Assembly: GCF_001194135.2 (NCBI RefSeq)
Contig: NC_068997.1
Coordinates: 2,890,355 to 2,954,354, forward strand
Direction of reading: 5' to 3'
Source of the DNA: Octopus bimaculoides
Taxonomy: Eukaryota
DNA: 64,000 bases
In this document: one piece after another, positions 52,976 through 64,000 of the stretch
Layout of the letters: each line of letters starts with the position of its first letter
Position numbering within the stretch: the first letter of the stretch is position 1
Notes under the pieces: generated by a model
What the model saw: only the letters and a program-made list of their open reading frames with translations
What the model was told of the DNA's origin: nothing
Database searches by the model: none
Program-made: the position numbers and the translations under genes

Positions 52976-53180
52976 TGTTTTTGTCTCGCCATAATATCGC
53001 TTGACGACCGATGCCAGTGTGTTTACGTCTCCGTAACTTAGCGGTTCTGCCAAAGAAACTGAATGAATAAATACTAGCCTTACAAAGAATAAGTCTTGGG
53101 ATCGATTTGCCCGAATAAAGTCGGTGCTCCAGCATGGCTGCATTCAAATGACTGAAACAAATAAAGGAATAAAAGAATAT
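52710..53180 (+). mobile_element. SINE family C, full length, with internal (GT)n expansion
   Basis: tRNA-like head (ggctgtgtggtaag ... gggttcagtccc); catcttgggcaagtg; (GT)n at ~52885-52975; tail gaaacaaataaaggaataaaagaata. Confidence 0.92.
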
Positions 53181-53249
53181 ATATATATATGAAATAAAAT
53201 AATAAAATGAGATGCTTTGCCCCACGAAGAAACTGCAGGAACTATTCCG

Positions 53250-53940
53250 AGGTTTTGCAGGCTCTGCTACATCTATTTCTAGCAGGTATCCCAGGGTCAC
53301 AAGTGTTTCTCTCTTTAACCTGTACGCTTCGCCTGATTGGAGCAGTGAGAACTAAGCTAGTCTTCACTCACGGATGGATTCCATTTCCAGTCTCTTATCA
53401 ACTATAGCCATCGTGTCCTAGTTTCAGTTGCCATGGCTTTCTTCAGTTGTCTGGGTTTCAGATCCATCTTCTGCAGGCAATAGTGCTCTGACGCCGATAG
53501 AAAGCTGCGGCAGCCGACTTCAATGGGAAATGAGACCGCATGCCTTCCCTTGACTAGGGCTTTGTCGACTAATTTCTGATATTATTTTTCACCTGGTGGG
53601 AAATACCGTATCTGTCTTCACGGAGCTCTGTGGGCTCGACTCCAACGATTGTTTTAGTATTTCTGGAGAGCAGGAACATGTCTGATCGGTGTGACGTTAC
53701 CACTACTCCTCTGGAAAAACAAGTCTACCCGTCAGGTCTACTTACATCTCTCAGTCTGAGGCTGAAAGCAAAATATAAAATGGGTCCCCAATCATTACTT
53801 CTGCGTTGGGAGCTTTGTCCCCTTCTTTTACGAATTTGATACTCTTTCATGGCCGTGGCTGGTGGTCATTTGTTTTCACTCTTTACAGATCAGCCCACTT
53901 GGCAATTTCTACAACAACCTTCTCCTATCTTAACTTATAT
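53250..53940 (-). mobile_element. HERO-like non-LTR retrotransposon 3' remnant (restriction-like endonuclease)
   Basis: KVVVEIAKW; IKFVKKGQ; VVVTSHRSDMFLLSRNTKTIVGVEPT; QKLVDKALVKGRHAVSFPIEVGCRSF; stop codon at 53402. Confidence 0.82.
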
Positions 53941-53990
53941 ATTGTTGAAAACAGTTTGATTCAGCTCCATGCCACTTTAAGTTTTGTCAA

Positions 53991-54210
53991 AGGCGGTGAG
54001 CCGGCCGAAACGTTAGCACTTCGTGTAAGATGCTTCGCGGCATTTTACCCTTCTTTATGTTCTGAGTTCAAATTCCGCCGAGGTCGAATTTGCCTTTCAA
54101 ATTTCGGTGGATGGATAAAATAAGGAACAGATGAGCACAGGGGTCGTTGTAATCGATTTTGCCCCTGCCTCAAAATTGCTGACCCTGTGCCAAAATTTGA
54201 AAATAATATT
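53991..54210 (+). mobile_element. SINE family A
   Basis: aggcggtgagccggccgaaacgttag ... gagttcaaattccgccgagg ... tgtgccaaaatttgaaa. Confidence 0.92.
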
Positions 54211-54868
54211 CGTCTTATCTGGAACTGAAACCCACAACAATAATTTAACATAGTAGCAACTTCTACTATTATTGTACATAAAACACTAACGCACCAAACA
54301 GAACAAAAGTTATTAAAAGAATAGCAAACCAACAATAATATTTCTCAATATGCGATAAATTGATGCGAGCAGAATATCTTTGGTATGTTTATATATATAA
54401 ATTTCTTTTTAGTGAATATCAATGGTAAAACATATCATATAGAAAGATATTAAAGTGAAGAGGAGAGAAAATAAGAAGCCTGCAAGTTTAAGATATATAC
54501 ACCGGGTTTAGCAATGGGGAAAGAAATAGTTTAGTAACGAAGAAAAAAGATACTTAGTCAAGCAAATAAAAAAAAATAACGGAAACAAAAAATATATAAG
54601 CGAAGAACGAGGGAGGTGGATGGACTTTATATGGTAGCGACAATAGAGTGATATCTGATTGAAGAAGTCGAATAAGAAATGGTGGAATAAATATATTGAA
54701 GAAATTTGTTTTAAGAGAAAGGGGAATCAAATTTTGAAATAAACGAAATTTTTTGTGTACGAAACATGAAGGAAACGGCAAAGTACTCTCTTGTTTAGTG
54801 CTATATGTGTGCGTGTGCGTGTGTGTGTGTGTGCATGTGTGCGTGTATGCATGTGTGTATGTGTGTAA

Positions 54869-54903
<35 letters not shown>

Positions 54904-56067
54904 TGTATTTACATATACATACATATATGTATATATACATATACATGCATATACATTTACATACATATGTATGTATGTATATATATATATANNNNNNNNN
55001 NNNNNNNNNNNNNNNNNNNNNNNNNNNNNNNNNNNNNNNNNNNNNNNNNNNNNNNNNNNNNNNNNNNNNNNNNNNNNNNNNNNNNNNNNNNNNNNNNNNN
55101 NNNNNNNNNNNNNNNNNNNNNNNNNNNNNNNNNNNNNNNNNNNNNNNNNNNNNNNNNNNNNNNNNNNNNNNNNNNNNNNNNNNNNNNNNNNNNNNNNNNN
55201 NNNNNNNNNNNNNNNNNNNNNNNNNNNNNNNNNNNNNNNNNNNNNNNNNNNNNNNNNNNNNNNNNNNNNNNNNNNNNNNNNNNNNNNNNNNNNNNNNNNN
55301 NNNNNNNNNNNNNNNNNNNNNNNNNNNNNNNNNNNNNNNNNNTATATATATATATATATATATACACACAAAATAGGTATGTGTGTGTGTGTGTGTGCAT
55401 TATGTAGCTCTAATATTATATTAAACTAAAACTTGGAAAATAAAAGCTATTTTACTTAAGTTACTCTGGGATTCGAACTACGGTAACGACAGATAATGCC
55501 AGCCAACCACCACACACATACATACATACACACTTATACACAGAAACACACGCACACACGCACACATATATGCATGCAAACAAATGTGTGCGTGTGGGCA
55601 TTTCTCTCCATTTATCTTTATCTTTCCCTATACCTACATACATACACACACATACACACGCGCACTCAGACATACGCACGCACGTACGCACAGATATATG
55701 TATATACAAATGCGAAAAAAGATGTACGTGATTGTTATTGTTCGTATGAAGTTTTAATACCGACGTTCAGGGAAATATGTTGATTCGACTATGTGATATG
55801 ACGTTCGACGTTATTGATTTCAATATATACATATATAAAAATTTCTGTGCGTTCATGTGTGTATGCACGTGTGTGCCTGTGTGCGCGTATGTGTGTATAT
55901 GTGTGTGGGTGTATGTGTTTGTGTGTGTGTGCATGCGCGTGCGTGAGTCTATGTATGGATTTTTTCATCGAGAATATACATATGCATATAAAAACTTTCT
56001 GTCGCGCATACATGCAAACATGTATAGTCTTTTTCAACAAAAACATTCATGCATCTATTCAAATCCT

Positions 56068-56113
<46 letters not shown>

Positions 56114-56148
56114 CACTTTTACCAATATGATACATAGTCACATTGCAC

Positions 56149-56190
<42 letters not shown>

Positions 56191-56752
56191 ACAAGCAAAT
56201 AAGCTAGTCCTAAAATCACTGAAAAGAGATGAATGCAGTAGATGTACTGACAACTAATCGTTGTCACCGCCTCAACATGTGTGTTCCGTTGGAATGGACG
56301 TTACTGTGATTTTTGACCATAACAGGACATTTCGTCTGACTGGTTAACGATGCAACCTGCATCTGATACATTACGAGCCCCTATCANNNNNNNNNNNNNN
56401 NNNNNNNNNNNNNNNNNNNNNNNNNNNNNNNNNNNNNNNNNNNNNNNNNNNNNNNNNNNNNNNNNNNNNNNNNNNNNNNNNNNNNNNNNNNNNNNNNNNN
56501 NNNNNNNNNNNNNNNNNNNNNNNNNNNNNNNNNNNNNNNNNNNNNNNNNNNNNNNNNNNNNNNNNNNNNNNNNNNNNNNNNNNNNNNNNNNNNNNNNNNN
56601 NNNNNNNNNNNNNNNNNNNNNNNNNNNNNNNNNNNNNNNNNNNNNNNNNNNNNNNNNNNNNNNNNNNNNNNNNNNNNNNNNNNNNNNNNNNNNNNNNNNN
56701 NNNNNNNNNNNNNNNNNNNNNNNNNNNNNNNNNNNGTATAAATATAAGGCAT

Positions 56753-56819
56753 ATGTCGTAGTGGTTAAGAGCGCGGGCTACTAACCCCAAGATTCCGAGT
56801 TTGATTCCAGGCAGTGACA

Positions 56820-56874
<55 letters not shown>

Positions 56875-57069
56875 CAACAACAACAACATCAAAAAATACC
56901 TCAGGAATGAGAACCCAGGTTCGAAATTTCCCCAAGACACCTGATGAATGCTGGAGGGTACATCAGCCGAAACGTTGTGTTAACAACAAAAAATATGGGG
57001 ACAAATATTCGTCAAATGTAAATAATGTAAATAATGTACATAATTCCTCATCTCTTAAATATAGAACTG
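56753..57069 (+). mobile_element. Composite SINE: tRNA-like head + (AAT)n(AAC)n + hammerhead-containing tail
   Basis: Head 56753-56820 has terminal stem atgtc/gacat, A-box tagtggttaag, anticodon-arm-like gggctactaaccc and B-box gagtttgattcc. Microsatellite at 56822-56887; hammerhead at 56936-56981; tail with aatgta(a/c)at x3. Confidence 0.8.
56936..56981 (+). ncRNA. Minimal type I hammerhead ribozyme (Penelope-like-element type)
   Basis: Stem I gacac/gtgtt; core CTGATGA 56941-56947; stem II gctg/cagc; GAAA 56969-56972; palindromic aacgtt in place of stem III; predicted cleavage after GUU (56976). Confidence 0.85.
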
Positions 57070-57149
57070 GGCTAATAAATAATTTGATTTTATAATTTCA
57101 GATTTAACAAAAAACTTTTAATAATTATAAGCGTCTCTATTTATTTCTA

Positions 57150-57195
<46 letters not shown>

Positions 57196-57599
57196 ACTAT
57201 AATGGAGAAAGCTTCTTATTAATTAGATATGTAACAATTATTAAAAGTACTAATAGAAAGCAATATTAGAAGCTTGACCGTCTGGAAATATTTCTATGAA
57301 TTCTTGCTCTGAGAAATTTCCTATAGTTTCGATTTCTGAAATTTATTGAAATATTTAACTGCAAATTCTCGCAAATTTAAATATTCATTGCATTCAATGC
57401 GTGAAATTCTTCATAAACTTAAATATTCATTACATTCACTGCGGAGTAGATTTTAATGTAAGCCTTAATATAACTATGTGATCGCTGCTAAACAAGATAG
57501 ATTTTTTTCATTTCATGTTAATTTTCATTCAATGTTTGCAATATTCTCTCTCACCGCTTTCTATCTCACACAAACACACTCACACTGTCTCTCTAATAT

Positions 57600-57671
<72 letters not shown>

Positions 57672-57722
57672 AATTTGATTTCTTTATTACACAAATATCT
57701 CATTTGAATTTTGCAATTCAAC

Positions 57723-58816
57723 ATGAGGCGTCTCAAAAACTATGCGACTGAAAATGAAAATTCAGCAGCAAAGGCAAAACAGCACAGAGAAAGACGGGCA
57801 ACTGAATCAGATGGAACCAAAGCAAAGCGACTGAAACAAATGCCTGAATATGCACGGAGACGTAGACATGATTCTGTTTCCGCTACACATGACTGACTGG
57901 TTAGGGTATCTGGAGAAGAGAATATTCTACTTGAAAATAATGGTGTCGGATCACAAATTGTTGATGCAACACTAAAGAGATCTTTTCTTTGGGATCATGT
58001 GGAAGTAGCGGAATTGACAACCAATCTAAGACTTCTTACCTAAGGTCATCCTGAAGAAAAAGAGTTTGCTAATTACCCATTTGATGTAGGAAATGGTAAC
58101 ATTTCTATTAAACAAAGCCTAGGTGAATTCAAAATCAAATTACCCAATGACCTTTGCCTTGAAAGTGGTTCTCTTTCCGATTTATGTGATTTTGTATATG
58201 CTGACCTCAAAAATAACTTGACAAACCTTGTGTGGCTTGTAAATAGAACCATTGTTACTCCAACAAATGAAGCAGCACAATTTGTGAATTATTTTCTGTT
58301 GACCAGGATCCCTGGTGAGCTGAAAATATACAGAAGCTCAGATACAGTTGATAATGAAACCCAATCGAGTTCATCAACAAACTTACTCCATCAGGATTTC
58401 AACACATTCTCAAAATAAAGATGCTACTAGTGGACATTGCAATGGCACACGCTACATCATTTTCAGTTTATATGATCGTGTTATTAAGGCTGAAATTGCA
58501 TCTGGTCTTTATGCAGGATCAACTCTACTAATCCCAAGAATACTACATGTATCTCTCAAGAAATGAAATTTCCATTCACATTCACACGCAAACGATTTCC
58601 TGTCAAGCCAGTTGTTGCTTTGACGTTCAACAAGGCACAGAAACAGACTTTTGAACAAATTGGAATATATCTTCCGATACCATTCTTCTCACATGGTCAG
58701 CTGTATGTTGCATTATCTAGAGTTCGAATAAGTGCTAATGTAAGAGTATTGGCTGAGGAAAATACAAATAGTTTGATTATGCTGACAGCTGTGTCTACAA
58801 GGAGATACTACTTTAA
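57723..58816 (+). mobile_element. Helitron RepHel remnant: N-terminus joined to a PIF1-like helicase C-terminal half, frameshifted
   Basis: ATLKRSFLWDHVEVAELTTNLRL; NRTIVTPTNEAA; GHCNGTRYI; LLIPRI; FPFTFTRKRFPVKPVVALTFNKAQKQTF; FFSHGQLYVALSRV; CVYKEILL*. Confidence 0.93.
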
Positions 58817-59067
58817 TGCAAAATATGCTTTTTAGCAAGTTTCATTAAATAGAATTAACACATAAATTATATGTAAAGTAACATATATTCGTGAGGAATT
58901 AAATTGTTTTTGTATATTTGAACACATGCTGGATGAATGCTATCGTTATATTAGATCATTTTAAATTTGGGAATATTTGAAAAAGAAGGATATGCCATTC
59001 CCAGTTGCTCTCACAGCACCCGACTTTTGTGTGTGTGTGTGTATCCATCCATCCATCCATCCATCCT

Positions 59068-59104
<37 letters not shown>

Positions 59105-61086
59105 GCACACCTATGTAAGTTCTACCAATCATTAACGATAAATATATATAACACATTGACTCAGCTATATATCTACATATAAATTTCTGTTATGTCTCTT
59201 AGTTAGTTAGTTAGTCATACCTTCCATAATAGCCATATCATAAGTTTGACTCTGGAAAATTTTTATAAATTCCTCTGCTAATATGTATCGATAAAAAGGC
59301 ACTTGCGAAGCGTCTGTAATTATTTACTATCACAAATTTAAATATTTGTTGTCAAGCCTTACATTCACTGCAGAGTAGTTTTTAACATTTGATAAACAAT
59401 ATTGATGTGTTCTGGCAAAATCTTTCGTTTCATTTGCAACACACTCTCACTTTATCTCTATCCTGCCTCTAATTGTTTTCATTAATAAAAATCTACTTAA
59501 TATATATTCATTGCAATTTTTCATTGCAAGTTTTATTTCGTTATTTCGGATGAGGAAATCAGGTATTTTGTTGACTTAAATTCGCTGTGTAAATGCCCTT
59601 AGTTTATTGTTTATACATACTGAAATTAAATTATATTGAACAACTTATTAAAACATACTGAAGCTTCAAACTCGTGTGAGTTATTTCATTTCCGCCGTTA
59701 TCTACGAATTAGCAAGTGAATTTGTTGCTATAGCTAATTGATACGCTATAGGTATTAAAATAACTCTATGTGACCGCTGCTATTTTTTGGCACTTTAAAC
59801 GTATTTGTATTACCTTGATGTTTGTTTAAAAAGAGAGATTATGACTGCGAATAATGAAAGCAATATTTATTAAACAAGTGAGCACTACAATTAAAAAAAA
59901 TAATTAGACTTAAAATATAAAAATTATTAGAATTGGGAACCAAATATGGAAATATCATCAACTGGCTATCGGAAAACCGTCCGGAGGGCAGTCTTTCAGA
60001 TAGTCTATTTAAATGTGTGTATGAGTCTGCTATCTTATTACTTGACTGACCGGAAATATCAGCCACATTTCCCGATGATCCTAAAACAGCCTTTCAAAAA
60101 ACGAAAAAGAAAAAAAAAACATAAAAAGAAAATAATAGGTTATATAGCACTGGATACCCCAAAAATACGGTATGGAACTTGATAAACGATGGGTGAGCTT
60201 GAAAATGGCTGACCCCAAGGTTAATAATACAAAAACCAAAACTTCAGAAGACTATAATTATGTGTCCATTTAGTTGTTAGCGACTTTTGTATTTGAGATA
60301 AACTGGCCACCAGAAAACTGTCATCCAAAATATTGCTGCTTAGCCTTAGGTCAGTCCTGATTAAACTTACTTGGCATCAAAGGTGGTCCACACATACGCA
60401 TTCCCTTCTTCAATCACACAGTGTATCTAGGACAGCATTATCAAAAATATTTAGTTTAACATTATAGGCATTAATTGTGACTATTACTGTTGTTTATGCT
60501 TAGGATACTTCTGAATGAGGAAATCTATCATCAAAAGTATTCCAACTGTGACCATTCCGTTGGTTTTTGTTCAGGCAGTGTTCCTTGAACTATGTTAGTT
60601 AAGGTGTCCTTCCGTCTATGATAAATACTGTTATGAATTGAATGGAAATATGGCTGATTTTTCTGGCAAGCAAACATATATAGGCCTTATAGTTGACTCA
60701 GGTTACAAAACATGTGAGTGGGTATCTACTTAAAAGTCTTGGCGGATTCATGAAGAATGGTGGAATATATGAGGATATTGTGACTAATAAAAAAAGACAA
60801 GACTCTACTCACCTTTTCCTTCTTAAAGTCTCAAGGGATCGAATTTGTCACGAGGTGATCGCTTAATTATTTAGATTGAAAATACATGAAGGAATTGCTC
60901 ATTTGTCATTACAAATTTGCGAAACTATCGAAATCTCTGTTAGTCCATCCGCAAAGAATCGATAAAATGCCAGATAACAGGAATTGTTCGGTAATTTTAA
61001 ATGCAAAAACAGCGAAGTAGAGCTGAGAAAGTATTGCCAAATTAGTACCTCCTGACGCCGATGATAATTAGTAATACAGTGTTCAT

Positions 61087-61087
61087 A

Positions 61088-61164
<77 letters not shown>
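61087..61164 (+). repeat. (AAT)n microsatellite at the 5' junction of the R4/Dong-like element
   Basis: Directly visible. Confidence 0.95.
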
Positions 61165-61165
<1 letters not shown>

Positions 61166-61177
61166 AATAAAATAATA

Positions 61178-62160
61178 ATACTGAAGGTGAAATTAAACGG
61201 ACCGAATAAGATTGATGTTGTCAACACCTGGGCAGTTTCACTACTTAAATATGGTACAAGGGTAATCGTATGGACAGCAGACGAACTAAACAGCTTAGAC
61301 AGAAAGACAAGGAAGTTGCTGACTAGATATGGGATACTCTACCCAAAATGTGACACAGACAGACTATGTGCCAAGAAAAAGAAGGGGAAGTAGACTGATT
61401 GGATGCGAACACAGCATTAGAGCAGAAGAAAACAACAGCATGGTATGTAAAAAATGTCACAGAACCACTATTATTGAAAGTAAGAAAGTCAGGCTTGTGT
61501 AGAATAGAAAATTGCAAAGATAAAATACTGTACAAGGACTTAAGAAGGAATGAAACTGAAAACAGGTGGATAAAGAAAAGAATGCATAGACAATTTCATA
61601 GGGATGTTGAAGATAAGACAGACGGAGAAAAAAGATGGTTATGGATGAATAAAAGTGAAAAATCGGAAAGAGAGACTCTATCTGTACTGCCCAAGAGCAA
61701 GCATTAAGAACAAATTACATGAAATACAGAATAGACAACACATCAGATAGAAAATAGGAAACCAGATATAGTGTTGAGTAAGAAAGCAAACGATTCTGTA
61801 TAATAGATATAGCATGCCCAGCTGACAAGGTATGCGATAAAGACGAAAGGAAAGTCGGCATGACAGATTAGCTTGGGACATCAAGCAGTAGTGGTCGATG
61901 AAAAAGGTAGCAGTAGTACCCATAATTGTCGGAGCCCTGGGAACAGTGAGTAAAAATCTTGAGAAGTACATGGAACAAATGGGGGCCGCAATGATGGTGC
62001 AGCACTTGTAGAAAACAGCACTGCTTGGAACTACTCGATACTCCGGATGGTACTCGAAAAATAAGGAATGTTACATTAGTTCACTGGTAGTAAAGAGCTG
62101 ACATCGGAGTACATCTCCAGCCTCAGAAGCTGTGAAAAGACAATAACTAATAATAATAAT
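61178..62160 (+). mobile_element. 5'-truncated, internally deleted R4/Dong-like RLE non-LTR retrotransposon with 3' UTR and (AAT)n tail
   Basis: KVKLNGPNKIDVVNTWAVSLLKYG...LDRKTRKLLT.YGILYPKCDTDRL; MHRQFHRD; CTAQEQALRTNYMKYRID; KKVAVVPIIVGALGTVSKNLEKY; KTALLGT; stop codon at 62064. Confidence 0.88.
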
Positions 62161-62792
62161 CCTTCTACTATAGGTACAAAGCAAGCAATTTGAGGTGGGG
62201 TGGGGTAAGACCATTACATTACTCAACTGGTACTTATTTTATAAGGACATCAAAAGCCGACCTCAGTGGAATTCGAACTCAGAACGTAGCGACGGTTGAA
62301 ACACCGTTAAATATTTCGTTCAGCGTGCTAACAGTTCTACCAGCTCGTCGCCTTGATAACAATAATAATAATCCTTTCTAGCATAGGCACAAGATCTCAA
62401 ATTCGGGGAGGGGGATAGTCGGTTACATCGACCCCAGTACTTAACTGGTACTTATTCTACCGACCTCGAAAGAATGGACAAAGTGAACCTAGGGGGAATT
62501 TGAACTCAGAACGTAAAGACGGACGAAATACCGCTAAGTATATTGTCCGGCGTGCTAACGATTCCGCCGGGTCGCTGCCTTTAATCCTTTCCTCTTCATC
62601 CGTCTGAAATTTGGAGGAAGAGGACTAGCGGAATACATCGACCCCAGTGTGTAACTGGTACTCAATTTATCAACCTCGAAAGGATGAAAGGCAAAGTCAA
62701 CCTCAGCGGAATTTGAACTTAGAACGTAAAGGCGGACGAAATATCGCTAAGCATTCGCCCGGCGTGTTAACGGTTCTGTTAGTCCGCTGCTT
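62161..62792 (-). mobile_element. Three head-to-tail SINE family A copies (62161-62354, 62372-62582, 62585-62792)
   Basis: Three diverged family-A bodies; the first two are each preceded on + by (AAT)n. Confidence 0.93.
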
Positions 62793-62906
62793 TATGCAGA
62801 TAAATATTTCAAGATAAAAATACACACACATCCTTCTATCCTTCTTTCCCTTCATCTCTTCCCACTTCCATTTCCTCCTCCCTAAATCCCTCCGTCCATC
62901 AATACA

Positions 62907-62937
<31 letters not shown>

Positions 62938-63211
62938 GCATACACACAGACACAGACACAGTGATTTACTTTATAACTAGACAGCTATTTCCGCATATTG
63001 TGTTCCGTCAGGGTTTGATAATTATATTGTAATTAAATAACACAACACAGAAGTATTCTTTTCATGAGGAAAGAAATGATATTTGCTTTGTGCTAATTGA
63101 CACTTTGGTGCCTCACTTCTTTTGAAATAAATACTTATTTAAATTTCGAGTCATCACGTTTGTATTTGTTCGACTGATCTAAGCATTGTTTAACAATATA
63201 TAACTTTCTTA

Positions 63212-63435
63212 AAGGCGGTCAGCTGGCCGAATCGTTAAGTTCGCTGGGCAAAAAGGTTAGAGTCATTTCGTCCGTCTTTACGTTCCGAGCTCATATTCCT
63301 CCCAGATCAACTTTGCCTTTCATCCTTTCGCGGTTGATAAATAAATAAGTACCAGTTGAGTACTGAAGTTGATGTAATCGACTCTTAGCCGCTGCCTCGA
63401 ACTTGCTGGTCTTGTGCCAACATTTGAGACCAATA
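63212..63435 (+). mobile_element. SINE family A
   Basis: aaggcggtcagctggccgaatcgttaag...aactttgcctttcatcctttcg...aagtaccagttgagtact...ttgtgccaacatttgagacc. Confidence 0.9.
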
Positions 63436-63468
63436 CATAACTTTCTTTCCTACAGCTATGGTCTAGAT

Positions 63469-63661
63469 CAGCGGTTCTCAACCGCGGCTATCACGACCAC
63501 ATTCGGTCCTCAAGCGTCCATCCGGCTGCCCCTGACCGCCTTCTCTCTATAAATATAATAATGTTTTTCTTTAATTGAGCTGTCCTACTGTGTTGGTGCG
63601 GCTCCCTAAAAAAATCCATATTTGGACCTTGCCCTGATATTAAAATTGTTGAGACACAATG
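63469..63661. mobile_element. 193-bp hAT (Buster/Charlie-type) MITE with 8-bp TSD
   Basis: TSD gtctagat at 63461-63468 and 63662-63669. Left TIR cagcggttctcaac; right TIR gttgagacacaatg (10/14). Confidence 0.88.
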
Positions 63662-63816
63662 GTCTAGATTAACTATTGTCATCCTGTTGTGTCGGATTAA
63701 ATATGTTACCACACACTTTCGAGTTAGGATAGCCCGAAAATATGGTAAGGTCACGGCTGGAAGTTTTTGATGATAGACCTGGATTAAGTGAGTCATCAAT
63801 ATTTTTTGGTGACATA

Positions 63817-64000
63817 AAGCAGTGAGCTGGCAGAACCGTTAGCGATCCGGGCAAAATGCTTACTGGCGTTTCGTCCGTCTTTACGTTCTGAGTTCAAATT
63901 CCACTGAGGTCGAGTTTGCCTTTCATCCGTTCAGGGTCGATAAATTAAATACCATTTGAACACTGGGGTCGTTGTAATCGTCTGGTCCCCCCTCCTCAAA
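63817..64000 (+). mobile_element. SINE family A, runs off the window end
   Basis: aagcagtgagctggcagaaccgttag...acgttctgagttcaaattcc.ctgaggtcga. Confidence 0.93.

Noticed and set aside
56753-56820. Possible tRNA gene
   Set aside because: It has A/B boxes but an incomplete cloverleaf and is fused to a microsatellite and tail, so it is treated as a SINE head.
60807-61022. Minus-strand consensus donor aag|gtgagt with an upstream acceptor
   Set aside because: All three frames contain stops, and such donors occur by chance many times per window.

Overview
AT-rich eukaryotic DNA, dense in repeats and microsatellites, with 17 N-gaps, most flanked by (AT)n or similar simple repeats. The repeat families resemble an Octopus genome; this is recalled familiarity, not a database search. 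I find no supportable host protein-coding gene, rRNA, intact tRNA or CRISPR array. Nearly all listed ORFs are artefacts of microsatellites or N-gaps. The window holds decayed transposons of many superfamilies: RTE, CR1/Jockey-group, HERO-like and R4/Dong-like LINEs; hAT-Buster, two mariners, a Chapaev-like element and a Helitron helicase; several MITEs; and over 20 SINE copies from about 5 families. The main lead is a tRNA-headed SINE at 56753-57069 carrying a Penelope-type minimal hammerhead ribozyme. A second hammerhead at 44334-44370 has a non-canonical CUGUUGA core. Also notable are head-to-tail SINE arrays in (AAT)n tracts, a circularly permuted duplication (18.0/21.3 kb) and a densely base-paired island at 1.9-2.1 kb. 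Family assignments rest on manual motif recognition, and boundaries of decayed elements are approximate.
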